From IMG/VR virus record IMGVR_UViG_3300030376_007346: a DNA stretch of 20,000 nt. One strand, 5' to 3'. Every line of letters starts with the position of its first letter. Position 1 is the stretch's first letter. Under the pieces are notes generated by a model. The model was not told where the DNA came from, made no database searches, and saw only the letters and a program-made list of their open reading frames with translations. The position numbers and the translations under genes are program-made. Below are positions 8,738 to 16,996 of the stretch, one piece after another. The DNA is from an uncultured virus (IMG/VR IMGVR_UViG_3300030376_007346) (Duplodnaviria > Heunggongvirae > Uroviricota > Caudoviricetes).

Positions 8738-9609
8738 CGATAGTTATTAAGTTGTTTTTGAAATTTGGTTTTTAATTGTCCCATATCTCTTTGTATCGAT
8801 TCTGGGTGTGAACCCGTAAATTTTTCAGTATAACATTCACCCCTCATATGTGGTTTAAATTCGTGAACACCAATAAACTCTTTTTCCACAATATCCTTTT
8901 TACCACCAACCCAAGGAAGGTAGACTCTAGTAAAATAATTATCAATACAATTTTGTCTACTTACACTGTCTTTGTAATAATTTACTTTTTTATAAACCTG
9001 GTCTGGAAAAGTGTAGGAGTAATGATACATTTGTACACCCAACGAATTAAATAAAGTGTCACTATCTATATGTTTTTTAGTTATATTAGAATCTATAGGG
9101 TATTGGATGGTAGGTGGTCTATGAGTTAACCAAGTAGAACCTTTGGTATACCTAAAAATACGTAAAAAATTATCTCTATTTAACTCAAAACCAGTTAGGT
9201 AATTATCAAAACCACCATAAAAAGAACAACTTCGTACACCAACACTAGTAGGTTTTTCAGATTCTAAAAAAGATATAATTTTTTCTAAATCACCAGTAGT
9301 ATAAATCTCATCAGAATCTAAATTCCAAATATAATCTATATCATTATTTATGTGTTGCATATATGCTCTACATTGGTCATCTTTTTCATTAAATTGGCCG
9401 TGCACTATTTTAATTTTATTTTCTGGGTCCGGAAACTCATCTAAAATTTTATTAGTTTCGTCTAAGGATGTGGTTCTCCCCTGTCTTTGCCAATAAGATA
9501 CAGGACCTTCAGCGATTAATATTTGAGACGCGAAAGGATATACCTGCTCCAAACACTGTCGGAGGACATAATCACCTTCAAAAACAATCATTCCAAAAGC
9601 TATTTTCAT
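8734..9609 (-). CDS. GT2-like (GT-A fold) glycosyltransferase
   Basis: MKIAFGMIVFEGDYVLRQCLEQVYPFASQILIAEG, DxD in YIWNLDSDEIY, and MYHYSY. Confidence 0.75.
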   Translation of the reverse strand: MKIAFGMIVFEGDYVLRQCLEQVYPFASQILIAEGPVSYWQRQGRTTSLDETNKILDEFPDPENKIKIVHGQFNEKDDQCRAYMQHINNDIDYIWNLDSDEIYTTGDLEKIISFLESEKPTSVGVRSCSFYGGFDNYLTGFELNRDNFLRIFRYTKGSTWLTHRPPTIQYPIDSNITKKHIDSDTLFNSLGVQMYHYSYTFPDQVYKKVNYYKDSVSRQNCIDNYFTRVYLPWVGGKKDIVEKEFIGVHEFKPHMRGECYTEKFTGSHPESIQRDMGQLKTKFQKQLNNYR

Positions 9610-10136
9610 AAGTTTTTTATTTTAAATTTTGCCATAGTCATAGTATTCTCGATATATTCTAGATATTCTAAACTTTTACCATAATAATCTCTAGCTGGGT
9701 TATAGTAAGGGTTATCAGGTGTAGTAAAATCGTGAATAAAAACTATAGTATTTTTATGCCCTAATAAATGACATTTAGAAGCACATGCAACTCTTGCACG
9801 ACCATCTATTAAAATTATATCAAAAGGACCATATTCAATAGGAGTATCTACATATTCTTTAAAATCTATATATTTATTCTCCTCATCATATTTTTCCCCA
9901 GCACCATCCACGCTAGGTGGTCGGAATAATAATTTACAATTATCATATGATTTTTTAGATACCTCCATATTCTTTCTTATTTTTTCATACCATTCAGCAT
10001 TATGTTCTATAGACACTAAAAAAGCTACTTGGTCAGCTATTTGAGGTGTAGAGAGACCACTACCCCATTCTAAAACTTTATGTGTTTTGTCAAGATGGTC
10101 ATTAAAATATTTATTTTCTGCGTCGTAAGCAAACAT
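9606..10136 (-). CDS. Class I SAM-dependent methyltransferase (probable glycan O-methyltransferase)
   Basis: VLEWGSGLST, VSIEHNAEW, FDIILIDGRARVAC, and IVFIHD. Confidence 0.8.
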   Translation of the reverse strand: MFAYDAENKYFNDHLDKTHKVLEWGSGLSTPQIADQVAFLVSIEHNAEWYEKIRKNMEVSKKSYDNCKLLFRPPSVDGAGEKYDEENKYIDFKEYVDTPIEYGPFDIILIDGRARVACASKCHLLGHKNTIVFIHDFTTPDNPYYNPARDYYGKSLEYLEYIENTMTMAKFKIKNL

Positions 10137-10138
10137 TT

Positions 10139-10996
10139 TTATAATTTATATAAAGATTGGGTAAGTTTAAGATTTGTAAAGTACTCGTCATAAATTACCT
10201 TAAGATTTATATTAGTTTTATATTCGTCTAAGGGTGTGTATATATGGTGCATTAGTGAAGGTATATAACTATCACCATTAAATTGAAATTGGGAAAAATG
10301 AGTAAAAACTAAATTTTGTTCTTGATTTTCCCATATAATTTTAGTTGGGGAAATAAATTCATAGAGTTGCCATAACCACGGAGCACCATGACCTATATTT
10401 TCATCTAAATAAATAGAATCTTTAGGGCATAGATTAGGGAAATTATCTAAGTATTTTTGGTCACCACAAGTCGCTAACTGTGGATACTTTTTGTTAAGGA
10501 CAGCATCGGTCCACCAGTTAGAAACGTTAATACCTAATTCAGAATCTTTAAAGTGTACAACTCCAACATTATATAAACCTTCTGGCCTATAAGTAGAAAG
10601 AGGAAATTGTCGATGTCTAAATATACCCACATCACGACCACCTATCTCATTGAGTATAACTTCTATATTATCGTGAAAATATATATCACTATCTATATAA
10701 GTTATTGAATTACCTTTTAATAAGAGATAGTTAGAAAAATAAGAAGCCAAAGACCAACAAAAATATTTATATTCTGAATTTTTAAGGTTTAATAATAAAG
10801 GGTCTTCTTGAACTAAAGAATCTACATTATAAACTTTAAGAGATTCACACTCTAAAGACTTTAGTACCTCATAAGATTCACTATCAATACATAAATAATG
10901 CAATTTAAAATTATCATTATGTTTTTTAAGTGACTCATAAAGGGTTAGACCTTTAAGTAAATAACTATTATCTGATACGGTACATAAATTTATCAT
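10139..10996 (-). CDS. GT-A fold glycosyltransferase (GT8 / nucleotide-diphospho-sugar transferase-like)
   Basis: CTVSDNSYLLKGLTLYESL, TYIDSDIYF (DxD), YNVGVV, GDQKYLD, and VFTHFS. Confidence 0.8.
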   Translation of the reverse strand: MINLCTVSDNSYLLKGLTLYESLKKHNDNFKLHYLCIDSESYEVLKSLECESLKVYNVDSLVQEDPLLLNLKNSEYKYFCWSLASYFSNYLLLKGNSITYIDSDIYFHDNIEVILNEIGGRDVGIFRHRQFPLSTYRPEGLYNVGVVHFKDSELGINVSNWWTDAVLNKKYPQLATCGDQKYLDNFPNLCPKDSIYLDENIGHGAPWLWQLYEFISPTKIIWENQEQNLVFTHFSQFQFNGDSYIPSLMHHIYTPLDEYKTNINLKVIYDEYFTNLKLTQSLYKL

Positions 10997-11652
10997 AAAC
11001 CAAAGTTAATTTTCTTTCTTCTTTCGTAGGTAAGTCTGTCGGTACTTTCATTTTTAATGTTATTCATATGAATTGAGTCATTGGTACCAAAACCAAAATC
11101 TGGATGTTCGTGTCTAATAATTACCACATCAAAATAAGTGACCTTATTCAATGACTTAGAAACATCCATAAATTCATTGTCACACCACACAGAAGTATAT
11201 TCCGGATTGTAAATGTAACCAAACCTATCATAATATTTTTTTCCTAAAATACATAAAGTATTTAGTGTCTCACCCTTATACCCATCATTAAACCATAAAA
11301 CCCCATCAGTATCTGGGTAGTGTGAGGACATTTTTTCTTTTATAATTGTGTCAAACCCCTTAATACGAGGAATCATATCATCAGAAGCTAATAAAACAAT
11401 GTCAAACTCTAAGTTATTCATGTTGTGGTTGATAGCTCCAATTTTACTTTTATTGTCGTTAAACTGGACTTCCACATTATCGTATTGACTAATTACTTGA
11501 GTAACAAATTCTTCTTTCATGGACATGTCATCATCATCACACGAAACAATTATAGGTGTTGTTTTATCATCTAATAACCTAACGTAGGTATTTAAAACTT
11601 TTAAAAACTTACGAGCTCTTACTCTTGTTGGGAATTTGATTAGTAACTTCAT
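10993..11652 (-). CDS. GT2-like glycosyltransferase
   Basis: LLIKFPTRVR, SKIGAIN, FDIVLLASDDM, RFGYIYNPEYTSVWCDNEF, and IIRHEHP. Confidence 0.75.
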   Translation of the reverse strand: MKLLIKFPTRVRARKFLKVLNTYVRLLDDKTTPIIVSCDDDDMSMKEEFVTQVISQYDNVEVQFNDNKSKIGAINHNMNNLEFDIVLLASDDMIPRIKGFDTIIKEKMSSHYPDTDGVLWFNDGYKGETLNTLCILGKKYYDRFGYIYNPEYTSVWCDNEFMDVSKSLNKVTYFDVVIIRHEHPDFGFGTNDSIHMNNIKNESTDRLTYERRKKINFGL

Positions 11653-13292
11653 TATATAATTTTTATGTATTCTTTTATTGTCTCCTCTATTACTTTATCA
11701 GACTTAAATTTATTTACATCTTTAGGTACCTGATGCAATTCAAAAGAAGAAATATTTCCACTACTATCAACATCATATATCCACCCTGGTCTATCACATA
11801 ACCAACCTTCTATAGTGGTTCTACCCAACAATATCCCTGCTGTTTCATCACACTGTTTTATGTATTTTTCTACATCCCAAGTAGGTTCTATATAAGTTAC
11901 GTGAGATTCGTTAAGGTCATCTAAATAATCAGATTTCTTTTTACCTAAAATCCACAATTCTTTTCCTTCTTTTTTAGTAGACTCTATTAAGTGAAGTATA
12001 GTTTCTTGTCGGATATAATCTATTGTCCCTACGAATAGTACTCTTTTCTTTTTATTATTTGGTTTAGGGTGTGGTTTAAATCTTTGTGTGTCAAAAGGAT
12101 TATAGATGATTGAGGTCTTGGACTCCTCCACTTCAAATACGTCGGTTATATAATCTTTTATTTCTGGTCTAATACAAATATATTTAGAAATTCTATCATC
12201 CATAACTGGGTGTTCTAACTCTATTACTTCCGAATGGATTGTTGTAATTACGGGGCTCTGAGGATACATTCTTAATAAATGTTCTGTTACAGGTTTATGG
12301 TGTAAATGGATTATATCAAATTTAACATCTTTTACTTGGTATAACTGACCTTCTTTAGCTACTTTAGGTCCTTGAGGTGTCATCACTTGAGATTTTCCAT
12401 CACCCACTCTAAATCCGGGAGGTTCATTTAACTGGTAAGTTGGGATGCCTAGTCCCTTAGCTCTGTTTTGCATAACACCACTAACATTAGAACAGATACT
12501 CACATTATGACCAGCTTTTTTTAAACCCTTAGCTAATTCATATATATGTAATTCTGAACCTGTATAATCATTAAAATTTAAACAACCTATGAGGATATCC
12601 AAACTTTCTTTTTTTCTTAATTCTCTATTTATTTTTACAGGTAGATGTTCTTTATATTTTTGAGCAAATATTTCTCTATTTTTTTCCCACTCATTATTGG
12701 TCATACCTATAGATAAGTGAGTTATTTTTATATTACTACAGACACTAACCTTAACACCCTCTAGGTAATTTGAAAATGAAAAATCTACATCATAGAAATG
12801 AAAACCAGACACGTCCTCGTTAAATTGTAACTTAAGATTGTTTTTATTTACACCAAAAAATAAACCATCCACTAATACAACATCATCCAAATAATTCCCT
12901 ATATCTTTAGAATAACGGGATAACCATCTCCTTCCTTCATGTTCATGATAAACAGCACCATGCATTTTAGAAAAATCTTCCCACCATTTTCCACTACTAG
13001 GCATATATCTACTACCAGCAACACCTAAAATACCTAAGTCCTTATTCTTTTTAAAATGGTTTAATACCTTTCTTCCCCAGTTCTTAGTGTCAAATTTAAT
13101 ATCATCATGACAAAATATGACCAAGTCGTTACTACTCTCAGATAAACCTTTATTGTAGAGTTCTGTAAGTGAGTACTTTCCTGGATTTTCATAAGGAATC
13201 ACTTCTATGTTATGTACTCCAGATGTGGCTTTTATAATTTCTACAAAATTAGAATCTATTTTTTTTGTACTGAATATTACTGTTAATGACAT
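11652..13292 (-). CDS. Two-domain glycosyltransferase: N-terminal GT-A (Glyco_tranf_2_5-like) fused to C-terminal GT-B (GT4-like)
   Basis: N-half: SLTELYNKGL, IFCHDDI, GILGVAGS, VDGLF, FHFYDVDF. C-half: TGSELHIYELAKGLKKAGHNV, FDIIHLHH, IIYNPFD, VLFVGT, GRTTIEGWLC. Confidence 0.82.
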   Translation of the reverse strand: MSLTVIFSTKKIDSNFVEIIKATSGVHNIEVIPYENPGKYSLTELYNKGLSESSNDLVIFCHDDIKFDTKNWGRKVLNHFKKNKDLGILGVAGSRYMPSSGKWWEDFSKMHGAVYHEHEGRRWLSRYSKDIGNYLDDVVLVDGLFFGVNKNNLKLQFNEDVSGFHFYDVDFSFSNYLEGVKVSVCSNIKITHLSIGMTNNEWEKNREIFAQKYKEHLPVKINRELRKKESLDILIGCLNFNDYTGSELHIYELAKGLKKAGHNVSICSNVSGVMQNRAKGLGIPTYQLNEPPGFRVGDGKSQVMTPQGPKVAKEGQLYQVKDVKFDIIHLHHKPVTEHLLRMYPQSPVITTIHSEVIELEHPVMDDRISKYICIRPEIKDYITDVFEVEESKTSIIYNPFDTQRFKPHPKPNNKKKRVLFVGTIDYIRQETILHLIESTKKEGKELWILGKKKSDYLDDLNESHVTYIEPTWDVEKYIKQCDETAGILLGRTTIEGWLCDRPGWIYDVDSSGNISSFELHQVPKDVNKFKSDKVIEETIKEYIKII

Positions 13293-13300
13293 ATGATTTA

Positions 13301-13915
13301 TTATTTTACACCAGTAGAACCAAACCCACCAGTACTTCTTTGAGTTTGTGTAAGAGAATCTACACGAATTAGTTTAGACCACCTACCAGAAATTACGGGA
13401 GAAATGACAGCCTGAGCTATTCTATCCCCATGAGTTATGGTAAATGTTTCCTCCCCTAGGTTTATTAATATTACTTTTATTTCTCCACTATACCCCCTAT
13501 CTACAGTTCCTGGGGTGTTTAGTACAGTAATACCGTTTTTAGCAGCTAAACCACTTCTAGGTCTTACCTGAATTTCATAACTTTCCGGTAACTCAAAATG
13601 TATTCCAGTGGGTACTAACACCCTACCCATAGGTGGTAAATCTAATGTAGAGTCTAGGTTAGCCCTTAAATCAATCCCACTATCATCTATATACTTATAA
13701 CTTAATGGTGGGTTATTAGAGTTATTTTGGTACCTTACCACCACTTTTACATCCTCTCTTGCGGCTTCATAACTTTGTTTCTCTAATTCCTCTAATAAAT
13801 TCCTATCTAACCCTAGTTGGTCATAAATTAAAGAATGTTCTTCTGAAGAATTAGGTTCCTCTTGGGATTTTGTGATTTCCTTAATTCGTTTAAAAGCACT
13901 ACTCTTACTGTCCAT
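13301..13915 (-). CDS. dut: Trimeric dUTPase with N-terminal extension of about 55-60 aa
   Basis: All five motifs present: SGIDL, RPRSGLA, GTVDRGYSGEI, GDRIAQ and RSTGGFGSTG. Confidence 0.95.
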   Translation of the reverse strand: MDSKSSAFKRIKEITKSQEEPNSSEEHSLIYDQLGLDRNLLEELEKQSYEAAREDVKVVVRYQNNSNNPPLSYKYIDDSGIDLRANLDSTLDLPPMGRVLVPTGIHFELPESYEIQVRPRSGLAAKNGITVLNTPGTVDRGYSGEIKVILINLGEETFTITHGDRIAQAVISPVISGRWSKLIRVDSLTQTQRSTGGFGSTGVK

Positions 13916-14138
13916 AGTATTTTGGTGTTAATTCTGGATGTAAAAAGTCTTCGAAAGGAGCTTTGGCAATTGACACTATTTCTGAATCTCTAGTGTCTTC
14001 AGACAAGTATGATGCCAACCTTTTATTAACCTCAAAAAGAGATTCTGCTTCTACAACATATTTAAATTTTTTAACTTTTGCATTACCTTCGTTATCCATA
14101 ACTCCGGTTTCGAATGCGACGATTGCTTGATAGTACAT
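13905..14138 (-). CDS. DUF4494-like small protein (77 aa)
   Basis: Start re-called at ATG 14138 (MYYQAIVAFETG...), 4 nt after the CDGSH stop. The DNEGNAKVKKFKYVVEAESLFEVNKRL...IVSIAKAPFEDF pattern resembles DUF4494 as I recall it. Confidence 0.55.
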   Translation of the reverse strand: MYYQAIVAFETGVMDNEGNAKVKKFKYVVEAESLFEVNKRLASYLSEDTRDSEIVSIAKAPFEDFLHPELTPKYYGQ

Positions 14139-14142
14139 ATTT

Positions 14143-14325
14143 TTATCCTTTAAAATTACATGATTTATGTGTTCCATCACACATTGGTTGATTCTTGGAT
14201 TGACCACATCTACACAACGCGTAATTTTCACTTACTTTTACTTCTTCACCACCTTTTGTTACTGTGGTTTCTCCTTTGACCAAAATCGGCCCATTTTCCA
14301 TAATGTTAATTTCTACTTTTTCCAT
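14143..14325 (-). CDS. CDGSH iron-sulfur (2Fe-2S) domain protein, 60 aa
   Basis: ENGPILVKG and YALCRCGQSKNQPMCDGTHK, which match the C-x-C-x2-S-x3-P-x-C-D-G-[ST]-H signature. Confidence 0.93.
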   Translation of the reverse strand: MEKVEINIMENGPILVKGETTVTKGGEEVKVSENYALCRCGQSKNQPMCDGTHKSCNFKG

Positions 14326-14335
14326 TTTAATATAT

Positions 14336-15574
14336 TTAAGATTTTCTAATTATTTCTCTATACCATTCTGCTCTTTTTCTAGTAACGGTTTCTAGGGTAT
14401 ATTGTGGGAATACCGTTTCGTGTAATTTTTCCCCTAAATCTTGTACCATGTTTGGATTATCTAATAATCTTTTAATGTGTTGATACCACATTTTATGGTT
14501 CTTACTTTTAGGTACCATCAAAGCATTACCAGCATTATTTAGTGAACCTCCCTTATTAATTGCATTTATACAGTCTATCGTATATGGACCATAATCCTGA
14601 ACTATTAAAGCTTTTTTGTGAAAACCAGCTTCTATAACTTTTAATTGTGATTTAACCTTATTAAAAATGTGTTCCTTAATAGGGGCTAAAGAAATATCAA
14701 AATGGTTATAGTTAGAAGCGTAAGTCGTAATAGGCTTGGTCCAAACTCTTCTATAATCAGAGTTCTCGTCACCAGTGATTCCTTTTTTCTTAAATGATAA
14801 CAGTTCTGCCTTATACTCCTCATCCGCAATAATACCGTAGTTATCAGTCATTATTTGTTCGTATTTATACCATACTGATTCTTTAGGTGTAATAGGACGT
14901 TGAGTTTGTTTACCAGTCTTTTCATCAATCATAGTCATACTACCTCTTAAGTCATAACCACACAAGACTGTTTGGAATTGGCCTTTACGTTCCCTATGTA
15001 ACCTACCGAATACACCATTAAGAATTTCTAAATCTTTAATGTGTGAAGAACCACCTAACCAACCCACACGTAAACGAGGTGAGGGTAGTGGTTTTGGTAT
15101 ATATTGTTTTTCTTCGTGATTTATAGCGTTAGGATATATAAAAACGTTTTTATTTAGTTTTGCTATTTCCGAGGCAAATTCAGTTGTCGTGGTAGTTACA
15201 TACTGACTAACCATTAACATATCTTTGATTTTTTGGTCAACCTTTGCGTTTTTAATCATCATATGAGCTGGATGGTCCGGGGTAGGCAACCAATAGTCAT
15301 CTAAATCCATAACTTGTGGTATGCCCCATTTTTTGAGTTTTTTGGCGACTACTTTAGAAGCGTCATAATCTGGACCAATACTTCTGTGGTAGTGGATTAA
15401 ATCATACTGCTTCCACCAGTTATCATCGGTATAAGGTGGGTCATACTTTATATCAACCCAGAACTCATCTGGGTACATCTTTTGTAGATAGGTGTGTGGG
15501 TCTACAGACCTAAATTTTGAAACCCCAGTTCTATCACTAGGTAATACGAGAATTTTAAATTTTTTACTTTTCAT
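14336..15574 (-). CDS. GT-B fold glycosyltransferase (GT4-like)
   Basis: MDLDDYW, YVTTTT, IYPNAIN, RVGWLGGSSHIKDL, and FDISLAPI...FNKVKSQLKVIEAG. Confidence 0.8.
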   Translation of the reverse strand: MKSKKFKILVLPSDRTGVSKFRSVDPHTYLQKMYPDEFWVDIKYDPPYTDDNWWKQYDLIHYHRSIGPDYDASKVVAKKLKKWGIPQVMDLDDYWLPTPDHPAHMMIKNAKVDQKIKDMLMVSQYVTTTTTEFASEIAKLNKNVFIYPNAINHEEKQYIPKPLPSPRLRVGWLGGSSHIKDLEILNGVFGRLHRERKGQFQTVLCGYDLRGSMTMIDEKTGKQTQRPITPKESVWYKYEQIMTDNYGIIADEEYKAELLSFKKKGITGDENSDYRRVWTKPITTYASNYNHFDISLAPIKEHIFNKVKSQLKVIEAGFHKKALIVQDYGPYTIDCINAINKGGSLNNAGNALMVPKSKNHKMWYQHIKRLLDNPNMVQDLGEKLHETVFPQYTLETVTRKRAEWYREIIRKS

Positions 15575-15609
15575 GTTTTAATAATAAAGTAAAAATATCA
15601 ATATGTCAA
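15575..15609 (-). promoter_or_regulatory. Near-consensus sigma70-like promoter heading the glycosyltransferase/dUTPase operon (leaderless geometry)
   Basis: Minus strand: TTGACA (15609-15604), 17-nt spacer, TATTAT (15586-15581), 6 nt, then ATG (15574). Confidence 0.72.
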
Positions 15610-15623
15610 AGGGGTTGGGGGGT

Positions 15624-16232
15624 CTATTTTATAACTTTACTTGAAGTTATTTTACCGTAGAATATTCTATCACCCACACGGAACTGAAAATTTTCATCAC
15701 TATCAGTTTTTAACCCTATAGTCTCATCTAGTAACTCTTTCACAGATTCTTTAATTATAGATTTAAGATTTTTAGAAGTTATTTTTTTGGTGCTACTACG
15801 CCCAATTGGTGGTGGTGTAGAAATTTGATTATTTTCTTGAATTGGTGATGTTGGTATACCCTGTTTATCCATCTTATCTTTAACTTCTGTTAAAAAATCT
15901 GCTGGAAGTGAAGTACCATTATTAAATGGGATATCTGGTATGGGATTATCAATCATTGCTTGTTTAATAGCGTCTGGTAAGTTAGATTTTTTAATTCTTT
16001 CTTCACTCATATTCGCTTTAGGACTTAGGTTAGGGGTACTACTACTAGTAGGTGTGGGTATTTGGGCTGGCATATTTTGAGGGATGCCTTCCGTCATTGG
16101 GACATTAACATTTGTTAATGTAGACTCACTAGGGAGGCTTACGTTTCCTTTACTAAAACTACCAGTGTCTACTTTAGACATAACTTTTTTAGCGTTTATT
16201 AAAGATTGTTGTAATGTACTGATATCTGCCAT
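15624..16232 (-). CDS. Hypothetical protein (Pro/Ser/Thr-rich linkers, phage-like)
   Basis: 202-aa ORF in a coupled gene string, with IKKSNLPDAIKQAMIDNPI and LKSIIKESVKELLDE helices. No family recognised. Confidence 0.75.
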   Translation of the reverse strand: MADISTLQQSLINAKKVMSKVDTGSFSKGNVSLPSESTLTNVNVPMTEGIPQNMPAQIPTPTSSSTPNLSPKANMSEERIKKSNLPDAIKQAMIDNPIPDIPFNNGTSLPADFLTEVKDKMDKQGIPTSPIQENNQISTPPPIGRSSTKKITSKNLKSIIKESVKELLDETIGLKTDSDENFQFRVGDRIFYGKITSSKVIK

Positions 16233-16234
16233 TT

Positions 16235-16636
16235 TTAAAATTTTGAGTTATAAACCATACGGTTCATTGAATTATCATTCATAGGATTATATAGTGGTGG
16301 TTCTTCAAAAGTCAAGAATAAAGTACCATCACCTTTCATTGGTTTAATACTTTTCATCCTATCTACCCTAAATAATCTCCAGTCTGGTAAAGGTACACCT
16401 TTTTCATTAACTTTTAAAGAGGGCCCTGAAGTTTGGTAAGCTCTAATTACTGGGTTATTTTTTTTGGAATAACCGTATGCCACTGGTTGGATGACTCTAG
16501 CACTACCACCATCGGGTAATTTTTCATCATCTAAGTACCTTAATTCACAAGTGTGCTTATTAGTGATAGCGTCTTTTATGACACTATTAGATACCTGTTC
16601 AGTAACTAACTGTATTAGGGACTCAAATAATTCCAT
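16235..16636 (-). CDS. Stand-alone WYL-domain protein
   Basis: IKDAITNK..CELRY, RVIQPVAYG, VIRAYQ and WRLFRVDRMKSI match the WYL signature. No HTH. Confidence 0.75.
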   Translation of the reverse strand: MELFESLIQLVTEQVSNSVIKDAITNKHTCELRYLDDEKLPDGGSARVIQPVAYGYSKKNNPVIRAYQTSGPSLKVNEKGVPLPDWRLFRVDRMKSIKPMKGDGTLFLTFEEPPLYNPMNDNSMNRMVYNSKF

Positions 16637-16990
16637 TTATGCCGCAGGACTGTTAGTAGTCGCTTCAAATCCAGGTCCAGAATCTAAATTTCCAGCACTA
16701 TATTCGTTATCTCTACTATATGTGTTAGTTTTAAGGTTGTTTACTCTTCCTGTGTTAGCTTCACCATTACCATGAATATCAGTACGAGTACCTATATCAG
16801 TACCATAAACATCTAAATGAATCGCATTTCCTCTTCCTTTATCATCACCATTAGCTAATGCGTTTGGGTGGTTAGGACTGTATCCATCACTATCGGAAAC
16901 TGGATATACGTTTTTAACTAGGTTTTGATTTCTATATTGTTCACTTAGTTTGGTTAATTGTTCACCGGGTTTGTTGTTACTTTCTGCCAT
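16637..16990 (-). CDS. Hypothetical protein (Asn/Gly/Asp-rich, 117 aa)
   Basis: ORF abuts the next gene (TAA-ATG). Contains YSPNHPNALANGDDKGRG. No family recognised. Confidence 0.72.
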   Translation of the reverse strand: MAESNNKPGEQLTKLSEQYRNQNLVKNVYPVSDSDGYSPNHPNALANGDDKGRGNAIHLDVYGTDIGTRTDIHGNGEANTGRVNNLKTNTYSRDNEYSAGNLDSGPGFEATTNSPAA

Positions 16991-16996
16991 AATATT

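Noticed and set aside
14139..14231. N-terminal 31 aa of the 13905..14231 ORF
   Set aside because: It overlaps the CDGSH motif in another frame, so ATG 14138 is the more plausible start.
1..15574. Eukaryotic giant virus (NCLDV) origin
   Set aside because: Overlapping stop/start codons, operon structure and sigma70-like promoters indicate prokaryotic expression.
15611..15622. G-rich tract GGGGTTGGGGGG as a terminator or G-quadruplex
   Set aside because: There is no complementary arm for a hairpin and too few G-runs for a convincing intramolecular quadruplex.
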